The notes beneath the pieces are model-generated. The model saw nothing but the letters and a program-made list of their open reading frames with translations. It ran no database searches and was not told where the DNA came from. From sequence record OU343168.1: a stretch of 64,000 nt of DNA; one strand, written 5' to 3'. Below, piece after piece: positions 8,952 through 18,332 of this stretch; the first letter of the stretch is position 1; each line of letters begins with the position of its first letter. The position numbers and the translations under genes are program-made.

Positions 8952-10453
8952 TACGTGATTTTAATTCGATACCCTTGGGAACCGCCAAAGAGGTAGAGGG
9001 CTTGGTTGTAGTTCACCCCCCACGCACTCGTAGCAACACCCGAGCCCAAACTTCCCAATAGCACCCACTTGTTCAACCGAGGTTCAAAATACTGAATTGG
9101 TTGATCATTAACACTCCCCGCAATCGCGTAGAGTTCTCCATTGTTCCCCAGTACAAAGGCTGCACCAACTGGGATACCAGGAAGAGTCACCGTTGTCCAG
9201 GTGTTCGTAGCCGGGTTATACTGGTACATCCCAGGGTTGTTCGCCCCCGCCACTACCCCACCAATAACACTCACCTTCCCTTGGTAAACCATTACCGTAA
9301 AGTCAGAACAATCTCCACTCTCAGCGAAGGCCTTAAGGACAGTGTGGGTATTGGCAATAGGATCGTACTCAATCAAGAAGCCTTTATTCGTGGTGGGGGT
9401 TCCTGACTGTACTCCACAGATGTACACCTTCCCATTGAGATAAACCGCTCCACCTGTCAGCGGAGTCAGGGGCATATTAGGTAAACGGGTAACGATGTTC
9501 GTAGTGGGATTGTACCCGTACGCGTCATTCGCACCGCCCCCTAGGAAGTACAGGGTATCCTTACCGTCAGAAACCAGAATGGAGTTCTTCCGAGAGGGAT
9601 TGGCGGGCCCTGTTGGACTCAGGGTTTCAAGCGCTCGTGTTTCGAAGTTAACCCGACGGAACTCCCGGGTAGCGGTCTCTACTCCACCGTAGTAGTAGAT
9701 ATGGTTCCCATGGACACACCCCCGCCCGGTATTGAATAGCAATGAACCCGGCCAGTTATCCATCGCCTCACTCTGACCTTCAATAAACGGGTACGACCCC
9801 TTGGCATACAGAATAGGACGCCATCCTTGAGTAGGGACTTCAGAATCACTGGCGGAGTACGTGACATTCTTAATGGTGTACCACCCTCGATACGCTTGAG
9901 TGGTACCGGGTTCATTACCCGTAATGTCTTTACCCCAGTTGGTATTCCCGTCAGTATTCCCACCACTGGCCGCTTGATTCATCCCCAGTTCTGCATCCGT
10001 GAACCGAGTGGGCCAGTTGAATCCATTGGGATCTGATACATGGACGTTATACAACAACCGGTCCCATTCAGACGTTGCCGTATTGCCATCACTCCCCATG
10101 GTCAAGAGACCCACGGTGTAAATAACCCCTCGGTACCGGAGCTCATAGCTCCCTGTCCGTAGACCGGCTTGGGTCAACAGAATACGCCGAACATTATTCC
10201 GGATCGGCATTTGAGGAATGTAACAGGTTTCATTGTGGTTCGAAAACTTCAACCACGGTTTGCCTTCATTGATCACTTTACCAAAGGCAATCCCAGTGAG
10301 TTTCGCTAAATCTTCGTAACCAAACAGTTCTGTCGCAGGAGTAATCCCGTACCATCCTTGCGCAGGACTACCTGCTTTCAGTTTAGAAGGCCCCGGATAA
10401 GGATCGTCCGGAAAGGCATTCGCGGTCGATGTAAAGAGTAACGCTTCTATCAT
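8951..10453 (-). CDS. Virion protein with N-terminal jumbo-phage structural domain and C-terminal Kelch propeller
   Basis: N-terminal PGPSKLKAG...WLKF...PIR pattern; C-terminal Kelch repeats (IYYYGG, YFLGGG, YDPIANT, YNPATNTW). Confidence 0.75.
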   Translation of the reverse strand: MIEALLFTSTANAFPDDPYPGPSKLKAGSPAQGWYGITPATELFGYEDLAKLTGIAFGKVINEGKPWLKFSNHNETCYIPQMPIRNNVRRILLTQAGLRTGSYELRYRGVIYTVGLLTMGSDGNTATSEWDRLLYNVHVSDPNGFNWPTRFTDAELGMNQAASGGNTDGNTNWGKDITGNEPGTTQAYRGWYTIKNVTYSASDSEVPTQGWRPILYAKGSYPFIEGQSEAMDNWPGSLLFNTGRGCVHGNHIYYYGGVETATREFRRVNFETRALETLSPTGPANPSRKNSILVSDGKDTLYFLGGGANDAYGYNPTTNIVTRLPNMPLTPLTGGAVYLNGKVYICGVQSGTPTTNKGFLIEYDPIANTHTVLKAFAESGDCSDFTVMVYQGKVSVIGGVVAGANNPGMYQYNPATNTWTTVTLPGIPVGAAFVLGNNGELYAIAGSVNDQPIQYFEPRLNKWVLLGSLGSGVATSAWGVNYNQALYLFGGSQGYRIKIT

Positions 10454-10517
10454 GATGACTTATACCCCAAAAAGAATACCAGGGAGACCCCGTAGAGCCC
10501 CCCTGGTAGTCATACTG

Positions 10518-13500
10518 TTAAGGAACAACAGCACCCAACGCACCAATCCACTTGGTTCCATTCCAAGTAAAGACGTAGACCAGTTCAGATCCACTGACGG
10601 ATGGGGGAGTTCCGTTATGCCACACCAAGGGTGTTGCATCCTTACCGGAGAAGGTCACAACACCCGCTCCGCCGGTGACATTAACCGTCAGGACCATCCC
10701 CCGTACCGGGGCTTTAGGTCCATCAGCAATCACCATTTGCTTACCCCCCGCCGCGGTGTTATTGATCTGGATGTACTGATCCACCAACGGATTGATTTCC
10801 CCACTGGTCGTAAAGACCTTAATCGGCAAATCATAGCGGTCAAAGGTGAGCTCCAGTTCCTTCCATTCAGGAATATCCGTGCCGGCACGGAAGACCCGAA
10901 CGTACTGTTTACCATCCTTGGCTTGGAGGTCTTCAATACCCTTCGGAAACTCAATGGCTTTCCATTCGGTACCGTCACCTTCTGCATTGACAGCCTGGGC
11001 GTAATACGTCCCCGCAACCGCATTCGGCACGGGACCAATAGGGAGGGGTACCCAACGGTTACCCAACCGAACAACTCGGCCTTCAGACTCCATGGGGGAA
11101 TTGACATCACCTGCCACCAAACGTCCCCACAGGACCCAACCCCGATCAACGGTCTTGTAGAAGACGTTGAAGGTCTCAGAGACTGCCCAGTCACCGACTC
11201 GACCACTGAAGGCATCCGATGGTGCGTCTACACCCGGCGGCAACGTAAGCCACCGGCTGCCTTGCTCGCCTTGAATACCGGGTTTCCCTTGAGGGCCGGG
11301 AGGACCATCACCCCCGGTCTTACCGGTTTGACCGCGCCATTCACCGGTTTCACGCCAGGCGTTAGTCGACGTACTCCAGATGGCTAGGGTGTTGGACTCC
11401 GCCAGGTAATACGCATCCCCCGCAACCCCCGCAGGAATAGCCGCTTGTAAAGCCGCCAGGTTCGCATAATCCCCTTTAATGGGCACCGCAGGGCCTTCGG
11501 GGCCTTGTTCACCCCGTTCCCCGTTCTTACCCGGTTCACCCCGGAAGTCAAACCCAGGACTCCACTCGCGCTCATCATTCACGAAATACGTTAAATGATT
11601 CTCCAGAACGAGGATAGCGTCACCTTGCTTATAATCACCTGCCGCAGGCAGTTCTGCCAAGGTGGGCACCACATCCACCATGTTCAACCCAGCACCGGGA
11701 GCGCCATCACTCCCTGGCATGGACACCGGACCCACGTTATCCCAACGAGTTCCGGTATTCACCCAGAGGTCTTTATTCAGGTCAACGTAGGCTTTACCTT
11801 GAGTTTCCTCGTTAATCGGAGGAGGATCGGCATCCGCAGGTGTCAGGACCTTAATGATGTCCAAGGACTTACCATTCAGGCCATCCTTACCGTTCTCACC
11901 ATCCTTCCCTTTAAAGACACCCAGATTCGCCCACGCATTCGAAATGAATCCATAGATCGCGTTTTCATCACGAACCGCATAGACCCATTGATCTTCAGGA
12001 TCCGCAGGAAGGTCCGCTACTGTGTCAACCACACCCCGAAGAACAATGTTGGTGCCGTTACGTCCATGGAGGCTGGCTAGGAACTCCTCTTCACTCCCAG
12101 TATTCCCTTTGGAAATCCAGAGTTCATACGTGGACTGACCATCGATACCGTCTTTCCCTTTAAAGGGACCCAGGTCCAACCAGGTCGAACTCGCTGCACT
12201 CCATACGTACAACCGAAGGGTGTCTCGTGTCACATACCCGTCTTGGTTAGCCGGAGGGTTGGGTAGGTTGTCCAGATCAGCACGGGTCCCTACAGTCCCC
12301 AAGACATTCAGGTTCTCACCAGGTTCGCCTTTCATGGCCGCCCAGTAATCATCTTCCGTCTTACCTTGGTTCTCGGGTTTATTCAACCAGACCTGAACAC
12401 TGTTCAGACCACCCGGTCCTACATCACCCTTATCCCCTTTAAACCCCCCCAGCTTCCGCCACGCGCTGTTCAGGTAGATGTACAGGGTATTCTCATCCTG
12501 AACCGAATAAACATCCTGTTCTACACCGGGGTTGGGGAGGTCATCTATGGTCGCTACGGTGTCTTTAACGATCAAATTACGACCGTCAACACCGTTTCTA
12601 CCATCTTCTCCCTTGAATTTACCCAGAATTACCCAGTTATTCTCAATCCACATACGGACTGTATTGTCCGCGCGAACCGACCAGGCATCCTGTTCAGCCG
12701 CGTTACTCGGGAGTTCACTGGCCAGGTCTACCGCCCCTTTCACCACGATACTCTTACCGTCGGTACCGTCCTTACCGTCCTTGCCCTTATACTGACCGAC
12801 ATCAACCCAATCCGTACGGTCTGCAATGTAGATCCACAGGTGGCCCGTATCCAACGTCACCCAGCCATGTTGATCAACCGGGTCTTTAGCATTCAGCGCA
12901 TTACGGTCAGCCACCGTTCCCTGTACCTGAAGGTTAGCCCCGCGTTCACCCCGAATGGCTTCCTGCCACTCTGTAATGGTTTTGTTCTCGTTACCGGGAA
13001 TCTTCTTCCAGGTTTCGAACGCATCATCTCCCTGAGCACCTTTATCTCCTCGTTGGGAAGCCAGGAATTCCTGAAGGGTCTTTTCTTCATTCCCAGGAAT
13101 CTCTTTCCACAGCTCGAAGGTACTCTTGCCGTCAGGACCTCGAATGTTCAAACTTTCCCAGACAAACTCACCTGCTGTTTTACCCGGAACCAGAACATGG
13201 ATATCATTCCGCCACAGGTAGGCATCTCCGGGTTTATTCCCTTCAGGCAGTGGGAGATCGAGGTTGTCAGGCCAAACGCCCAACAGGTTAATCCCCCGTT
13301 CCCCTTGCAAGGAACCCGAAGACGCCCATTCGTTACCGTTCCATACCCGTAGGGCAAAGTTAACGAAGTACGCGGTACCGATCGGAAGCTCTTGGGTATC
13401 AATAGCTTCCAGTTCAGCTTCCGAATTGAGTTTACCTTTAAGAACAACCCCTTGAGTTGAGAGGGATTCTAGACTCTCCTTCAACCACCGGGTACGCGCA

Positions 13501-13658
13501 TCCAACACCCGAGCTTGGAAGTTAGCCGCACCCTCGCCGTTGTCTCCCCCGCGAACCCGTACGTCAGTCACCAGAGCCGGGAGGTGTTCTTCCCATCGAG
13601 ACTCCTCGACAATCGCCGGTAGTTCACCCGGTGTTACTGTTTCATCGCCAATAGCCAT
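10518..13658 (-). CDS. Long tail fibre with collagen-like Gly-X-Y spacers and repeated ~45-aa modules
   Basis: N-terminal fibre-attachment motif W..HLPAL...V.GG..G.AN.QA..L..RT.WLK; about 10 repeats of G.nl.v.gtV....dLp...W..lG.fKG.DG.DG. Confidence 0.88.
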   Translation of the reverse strand: MAIGDETVTPGELPAIVEESRWEEHLPALVTDVRVRGGDNGEGAANFQARVLDARTRWLKESLESLSTQGVVLKGKLNSEAELEAIDTQELPIGTAYFVNFALRVWNGNEWASSGSLQGERGINLLGVWPDNLDLPLPEGNKPGDAYLWRNDIHVLVPGKTAGEFVWESLNIRGPDGKSTFELWKEIPGNEEKTLQEFLASQRGDKGAQGDDAFETWKKIPGNENKTITEWQEAIRGERGANLQVQGTVADRNALNAKDPVDQHGWVTLDTGHLWIYIADRTDWVDVGQYKGKDGKDGTDGKSIVVKGAVDLASELPSNAAEQDAWSVRADNTVRMWIENNWVILGKFKGEDGRNGVDGRNLIVKDTVATIDDLPNPGVEQDVYSVQDENTLYIYLNSAWRKLGGFKGDKGDVGPGGLNSVQVWLNKPENQGKTEDDYWAAMKGEPGENLNVLGTVGTRADLDNLPNPPANQDGYVTRDTLRLYVWSAASSTWLDLGPFKGKDGIDGQSTYELWISKGNTGSEEEFLASLHGRNGTNIVLRGVVDTVADLPADPEDQWVYAVRDENAIYGFISNAWANLGVFKGKDGENGKDGLNGKSLDIIKVLTPADADPPPINEETQGKAYVDLNKDLWVNTGTRWDNVGPVSMPGSDGAPGAGLNMVDVVPTLAELPAAGDYKQGDAILVLENHLTYFVNDEREWSPGFDFRGEPGKNGERGEQGPEGPAVPIKGDYANLAALQAAIPAGVAGDAYYLAESNTLAIWSTSTNAWRETGEWRGQTGKTGGDGPPGPQGKPGIQGEQGSRWLTLPPGVDAPSDAFSGRVGDWAVSETFNVFYKTVDRGWVLWGRLVAGDVNSPMESEGRVVRLGNRWVPLPIGPVPNAVAGTYYAQAVNAEGDGTEWKAIEFPKGIEDLQAKDGKQYVRVFRAGTDIPEWKELELTFDRYDLPIKVFTTSGEINPLVDQYIQINNTAAGGKQMVIADGPKAPVRGMVLTVNVTGGAGVVTFSGKDATPLVWHNGTPPSVSGSELVYVFTWNGTKWIGALGAVVP

Positions 13659-13675
13659 TTAAGAAATTCCTCTGA

Positions 13676-15118
13676 TTAAGGGGTAAAAACAAGATGGGTG
13701 TTCAATTGACCCACCCGCACGGTGGTCGTTTGGGCGACCCCTTTCTTCAACACAATCACGACCCGGAGTTTCAAGGCCTTAGGGGCTCTGGCCAATTCAA
13801 GGATTTGGGTATCGAAGATCCCCGAGAGATCCCCTTGACGCAGGGGGTAATTCAGTTCAACGTTCTGACCCGAGCGTACAGTTTGGACTTGATCGTCCTG
13901 GTAGGTTACTTCCAGTTCCAGTCCTACTTGCAAGACCGCTTCCGCATCGGTTTGAATCGCCCAACGACCCTGAGCTACCAATTTCATCCCTACGGTCAGG
14001 TTTGTAATAGGGAGATCCTGTTCCATTCCCAAGGTCGGTTGATTACCGGTAGGCGTGCCCGTAAAGGACATCACCTGGTATTCGCCCCCTGAAGGGTTGG
14101 TTTCCTTGGTAATAGCAACGGTCAAACCGGTCAGTTGACTACCCCCAATACCGGTATTCGAGGCGATCTCTACCGTAGTAATAGTAGCACCTCCCGAATC
14201 CCCCGCTCCACCATCATTACCGATCAACAAAGGGTTGGGGTTAATGCTCCCGAAGAAGTGGGCGGTCTCTGGCGGTGTCGTGCTGAACGGGATGTAACTG
14301 GTTGGCAAGGTAATGGTATTCTTGAACAGCTTGCTCACCGCAGCAGCGACATGGTTACCAATGACCTCGGCTCCTTTGGGACTCGGGTGTGCACCGTCCC
14401 CCAGCATGCCCGCCAGCGGCTTATTGACATTACCCGGCTCTACCATGTCATCCCAGGGGTTAACCACCACAATGCCCCGTTTAGGCAGCTCAGAGAGCAT
14501 CCACTGGTGCACTTGGTAATGAATAGCCAATTGTTCATCACTGAGCCCAATAGCGGCTTGTTCTACCGGGGTTTCAGCGATCACAATGACGGTTTTGCCA
14601 TTGGCCAGCAATGTGGCGTAAATCTCGGAGAGGTTATTGATCGTTTCATTGAACGTCTGGTTGCGCAGACGGTCGTTCCCCGAACCCAAATGGATAATGA
14701 CATCGAACTTATCCAGGGAAGCCAGGAGTTGGGGAAGGCGTTGGGCTTGTTGGGAGGTAGTATTCCCATCGACACCGGCGTTCATGGCATCCGGGAAGGC
14801 TACGGCTCCCTCGGTCTTCGCACTGGTCCAGAAGGCCAGACCGACGTTACCTTTCACGCACTGGTAAGCCCGGCTATCACCGTATACCACGATATTGCGG
14901 TTAAACGGCAACCGGTCATTACTTACCGCATTGACTTTGGTGGTCAGGGTATTCACTTCTTCTTTCAAATAACGGGTACGAGCGTCCAGCACACGCGCTT
15001 GCTTGTTCGCATTGCCGGTGCCTTCTTCGGTGGCTTCAACCTTGTCATCCGGCATCAGAGCCAGTAAAGGTTCAACCCATTCCGGTTGTTCATTAATCAC
15101 TACGGGATTGTCAGCCAT
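13676..15118 (-). CDS. Tail fibre/spike with SGNH (GDSL) hydrolase domain
   Basis: Same N-terminal ANKQARVLDARTRYLK motif as the fibre; SGNH blocks GDS, GVDG, GSGND, DGAHP all intact. Confidence 0.88.
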   Translation of the reverse strand: MADNPVVINEQPEWVEPLLALMPDDKVEATEEGTGNANKQARVLDARTRYLKEEVNTLTTKVNAVSNDRLPFNRNIVVYGDSRAYQCVKGNVGLAFWTSAKTEGAVAFPDAMNAGVDGNTTSQQAQRLPQLLASLDKFDVIIHLGSGNDRLRNQTFNETINNLSEIYATLLANGKTVIVIAETPVEQAAIGLSDEQLAIHYQVHQWMLSELPKRGIVVVNPWDDMVEPGNVNKPLAGMLGDGAHPSPKGAEVIGNHVAAAVSKLFKNTITLPTSYIPFSTTPPETAHFFGSINPNPLLIGNDGGAGDSGGATITTVEIASNTGIGGSQLTGLTVAITKETNPSGGEYQVMSFTGTPTGNQPTLGMEQDLPITNLTVGMKLVAQGRWAIQTDAEAVLQVGLELEVTYQDDQVQTVRSGQNVELNYPLRQGDLSGIFDTQILELARAPKALKLRVVIVLKKGVAQTTTVRVGQLNTHLVFTP

Positions 15119-15133
15119 GAGAATAGGCCCTGT

Positions 15134-15727
15134 TTAATACGTGAGGGTGCCGTCGTAACGGAATTGTCCGTTAAAACGAGGAATGGCGTCGTATTGGCTT
15201 TCTACGACAGCCAGGGTACCGGTAACGGTGTTGGAATCAATGGTGGCCTGAGTGAACTCCCCGTCGAGGGTAATTTCATCATCCGTCAAGTCGTAGTAGC
15301 ATTTGGCTTTGATCAGCGCTTTAATGTGTTCAGGGTTACGACTCCCTTTGAACACCAATACCGCTCCTTCAATGATATCTTCGTCTCGTTTGACTTGGTA
15401 AATACCTTCCACCCCCTGGGTTTGTAAAACGTCCCAATCAACCGGATCAGGGGTTTCCAGCATGGAGACCTTATTCTTCACATAATCCGCTGGGAGGTAC
15501 CGTTGGTTCTTACCGGTCAGTTTACCTTCGGAATCGATATTGACCACCCGGGCAAATTCACCGCCTTCTACCTCAACTTTCCTGAGGTCAGAGAGGGTAG
15601 TATTATCCAGGGTGAGTTGCTCTAATACACTAACAATGTTCGGTTCATCGGAATAACGTTCTTTATTAAAAGCGATGAACCGTTCCAGAAACAGTAGATC
15701 GTTTGGAAAGGCCATGGGCGTGTCCAC
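15134..15727 (-). CDS. Putative structural protein heading the tail-fibre operon
   Basis: 197 aa; paralogous to 2817-3446; C-terminal RFNGQFRYDG motif like those of tail/baseplate proteins. Confidence 0.55.
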   Translation of the reverse strand: MDTPMAFPNDLLFLERFIAFNKERYSDEPNIVSVLEQLTLDNTTLSDLRKVEVEGGEFARVVNIDSEGKLTGKNQRYLPADYVKNKVSMLETPDPVDWDVLQTQGVEGIYQVKRDEDIIEGAVLVFKGSRNPEHIKALIKAKCYYDLTDDEITLDGEFTQATIDSNTVTGTLAVVESQYDAIPRFNGQFRYDGTLTY

Positions 15728-15828
15728 AGAAGTAGATAGAGGGTTCGGTCATTAGACCATAAAATTGGTAAATAAAATAGTACCCAAACCCATATTCTTC
15801 ACTTACCTGGTTATTTAACTTGAGGTTC

Positions 15829-15853
15829 TTTTCAAACCTACATAATCAGGGTG
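15829..15853 (+). promoter_or_regulatory. Phage promoter-like motif TTTTCAAACCTACATAATC
   Basis: Repeated motif upstream of a cluster of small genes. Confidence 0.6.
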
Positions 15854-15895
15854 AAGCACAGACAGAGACCGTTTAACGGTCAAGGAGCCTTGTCA

Positions 15896-16054
15896 ATGAA
15901 TACCCTTCAGGCTAAAATTGAAAGCCTGCGCCAAAAAGCTCGTCGTTATGCCCGTCAGGCGATGTGTTCCCTAGAACCGTCTTACCGGCAACATTACCGT
16001 CAACTGAGCTACGAAGCCAGCCGTATGGCAGATCGCCTTCAACGTCAACTGTGA
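15896..16054 (+). CDS. Small basic hypothetical protein (52 aa)
   Basis: AAGGAG SD before ATG 15896. Confidence 0.65.
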   Translation: MNTLQAKIESLRQKARRYARQAMCSLEPSYRQHYRQLSYEASRMADRLQRQL

Positions 16055-16092
16055 TTGGTGTTTACCCCCCTTCCCCCGCACACAGGTGTAAG

Positions 16093-16323
16093 ATGAGCAA
16101 CGTTATCGATATGTTCAGCTGGCGGGACTCGAAGAATAAGCGTTCGAGTCAGTTCTCAGTGCTTCATCGTGAAATCGAAGCACTGTACGTCATTCAGAAC
16201 CGCGCGCTTCAGGAGATCGCTTCAGCGGATACAGTCTTGGCGTATGAACAAGCTAAACTCTTCCTGTTGGATGTCAGGATTGAAATTTACACCAAGACCA
16301 TTGCGTTGAGTCAGTGTATCTAA
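16093..16323 (+). CDS. Small hypothetical protein (76 aa)
   Basis: AGGT SD before ATG 16093, in frame with track ORF 15964. Confidence 0.6.
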   Translation: MSNVIDMFSWRDSKNKRSSQFSVLHREIEALYVIQNRALQEIASADTVLAYEQAKLFLLDVRIEIYTKTIALSQCI

Positions 16324-16338
16324 GGACATTTAACGTCC

Positions 16339-16368
16339 AGTTGTAATCAGGTCTATATTACTTGGGTG
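16339..16368 (+). promoter_or_regulatory. Early promoter-like motif (TCTATATTAC)
   Basis: 23-nt AGTTGTAATCAGGTCTATATTAC is identical to 17628-17650. Confidence 0.75.
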
Positions 16369-16409
16369 TTTAAGTACGCAACATTCATTCCTTTTTGGAG
16401 GTGTACACC

Positions 16410-16889
16410 ATGGCTAAACAATCGAACTTCACCATCGCCAACTACAACGCCGTCCTGGAAGCTGTTAAAGCCAACAACGGTTACGTGATCGACACCCACG
16501 GTGGTAGCCGTGGACCTTATCGTGCTGCTGGTATCGCCGCACTGGTGAAGGGCGAAAGGGTTACCCCGGTGCTGCTGTGCCATGGTTCCTACTTCTGCCT
16601 GAACTCGCTGCACAAGGAAGCCGATGGTTCGGTGACCCTCTCCAGCTGGTCGGTAGGTGGTACCATCTTCACCCACCAGCACGGTGGGCTGGAAGAAGCG
16701 ATCCAAGCCTACAACAAGGAGCAATCCGAGTGGGCGCTGTCGGGCGGTCAACTGATGCATGTACGCATCTTCGACTACACCGACGAAACCGCACCTGTGT
16801 TCGGCGAGCCAGTTGATCTGGCAGGCGAAGTCGTGGGTGCGCTGGCAGCACAAGAGCCGATCGCCAAGGTCGACATCCCTGCTCAATAA
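16410..16889 (+). CDS. Early hypothetical protein (159 aa)
   Basis: GGAGGT SD, C-ending codon bias, directly behind the promoter motif. Confidence 0.8.
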   Translation: MAKQSNFTIANYNAVLEAVKANNGYVIDTHGGSRGPYRAAGIAALVKGERVTPVLLCHGSYFCLNSLHKEADGSVTLSSWSVGGTIFTHQHGGLEEAIQAYNKEQSEWALSGGQLMHVRIFDYTDETAPVFGEPVDLAGEVVGALAAQEPIAKVDIPAQ

Positions 16890-16934
16890 CGAGCAGTTTT
16901 CTGTACGTAATCTGACTTCATTAGGAGCAATGCC

Positions 16935-17342
16935 ATGAGTAATGTAATGCACGTTAGCACCATCGCCGGTCGTACCGCCCTGACGGTGATCACACCCGAC
17001 GACCTGCCGGTTACCAACTGGATGGAAAATGTGCTTGCTGCACAGATCCAGAAAGTGGTTGACGAAGGTAAGGGTTGGCCCAACGACGCCGAGTTCAAGG
17101 TGGAGGTTACCTACCACACTTGGCCACAGGGTTGGGACCGGGAAGTGTACACGCACTTCTTTACCAACCGCGCCGAGCTGGACTCCTACATCAAGGACCA
17201 GCACGAGTGGGCCCGTTGTGAGGACAACATGGTGAAGATCAAGATCTACAACTGGGACCTCGGTCCGAACTTCATGGAAACTCGTGAGTTCGGTGGTCCT
17301 GAGTTGTGGAACAGCCCTCTGAGCCGTCCTTACTTGACGTAA
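16935..17342 (+). CDS. Early hypothetical protein (135 aa)
   Basis: AGGAG SD; C-ending codon bias. Confidence 0.8.
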   Translation: MSNVMHVSTIAGRTALTVITPDDLPVTNWMENVLAAQIQKVVDEGKGWPNDAEFKVEVTYHTWPQGWDREVYTHFFTNRAELDSYIKDQHEWARCEDNMVKIKIYNWDLGPNFMETREFGGPELWNSPLSRPYLT

Positions 17343-17350
17343 GGCTAGCG

Positions 17351-17396
17351 CTACCTCCCTGCCAGTGGCAGGGAGGTAGTACTCCTTTTATTTTTT
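17351..17396 (+). terminator. Intrinsic terminator
   Basis: 13-bp stem CTACCTCCCTGCC/GGCAGGGAGGTAG plus CCTTTTATTTTTT. Confidence 0.88.
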
Positions 17397-17627
17397 GCTT
17401 CATTTCCATTTTTATAGTTCACTCAACACAACGAGCAAAGTAATGCCTGACACTAACAACGGTCCTGTGGAAATAAAGATGGAACGTGTGCAGTTCAAAA
17501 GAATAAAAGTAAGGGGTCTTCGTAAATTCTGGTTACTCATCAAACGCTTACTGAGTAAGGACACCGATTATAAGAACACTTGACGAACGCATGGCTAAGT
17601 CAATGGAACTAAGGGTAATTAACTTCT

Positions 17628-17660
17628 AGTTGTAATCAGGTCTATATTACCTTTGTGTAT
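17628..17660 (+). promoter_or_regulatory. Early promoter-like motif (TCTATATTAC)
   Basis: Exact 23-nt copy of 16339-16361. Confidence 0.75.
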
Positions 17661-17718
17661 ATTAAGGCGTGGTTGCCTTCCTATTTTTAAGACTGAATAA
17701 ACACAAAGGATGTTATCT

Positions 17719-18066
17719 ATGAGTCGAGTCAAGAAGGTGATGAAAGGTGTTCTGAAAGGTAACAGTCGAACGGCCGATAAGTTTGTATTACGGATGCCAG
17801 TCGGGCTACGTGATAAGGTTAGCAGACGCGCAACGACCAACGGGCGGAGTATGAATGCTGAATTCATCATGCTCATACAGGCTGCTATGAGCGGTGGGAA
17901 CACAGGTGTAACCCAAATAAGGACTATTCCATCAGTAGGTGGACCTGTTCGGGTTGAAGGACTTCCAGGCGTGGTAACTGAATTGATACCAACACCGACT
18001 GGATTTAAGATCCGGGCAAAAACCTGTGAGGGAGAGGATATTTATTCGTTATGGGAGATTGTTTGA
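17719..18066 (+). CDS. Arc/AmrZ-family ribbon-helix-helix DNA-binding protein
   Basis: SRTADKFVLRMPVGLRDKV...RSMNAEF closely matches the recalled P. aeruginosa AmrZ N-domain SRTADKFVVRLPEGMREQI...RSMNSEI; AAGGA SD before ATG 17719. Confidence 0.85.
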   Translation: MSRVKKVMKGVLKGNSRTADKFVLRMPVGLRDKVSRRATTNGRSMNAEFIMLIQAAMSGGNTGVTQIRTIPSVGGPVRVEGLPGVVTELIPTPTGFKIRAKTCEGEDIYSLWEIV

Positions 18067-18067
18067 T

Positions 18068-18268
18068 ATGACTCGTTTCGAGAACTCGGATAAGGAAAAG
18101 AAACCCAGTGTTCCTTTGCAGAACAAAATCGGGTTTGCGGGGATAGGGCCCGACGATGAGCCCATGTTGTGGACACTCACCCTCCCCGGTGAAAACTCGG
18201 TGGGTTACGCAGAACCCTTTCGACCTGAGAAAGAAGACCTGATCCCTCAACCGGTCTTCTTCGATTAA
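18068..18268 (+). CDS. Small hypothetical protein
   Basis: ATG directly after the preceding stop, GGAG SD, followed by a terminator. Confidence 0.6.
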   Translation: MTRFENSDKEKKPSVPLQNKIGFAGIGPDDEPMLWTLTLPGENSVGYAEPFRPEKEDLIPQPVFFD

Positions 18269-18280
18269 AAGCGTCATATA

Positions 18281-18330
18281 CCCTTACCCAGCCGAAAAGG
18301 GCTGGGTAAGGGTTAATCTCTTTATTTTTT
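18281..18330. terminator. Terminator between convergent genes
   Basis: CCCTTACCCAGCC/GGCTGGGTAAGGG stem plus CTCTTTATTTTTT. Confidence 0.85.
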
Positions 18331-18332
18331 GT

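Noticed and set aside
10518-13658. Possible CRISPR or tandem DNA repeat array
   Set aside because: The repeats are protein-level Gly-X-Y modules, diverged in DNA, with no repeat-spacer structure
17395-17583. 62-aa ORF (or 46 aa from about 17443) between the terminator and promoter
   Set aside because: The TTG start is inside the terminator tail and the internal ATG has a poor SD; insufficient support
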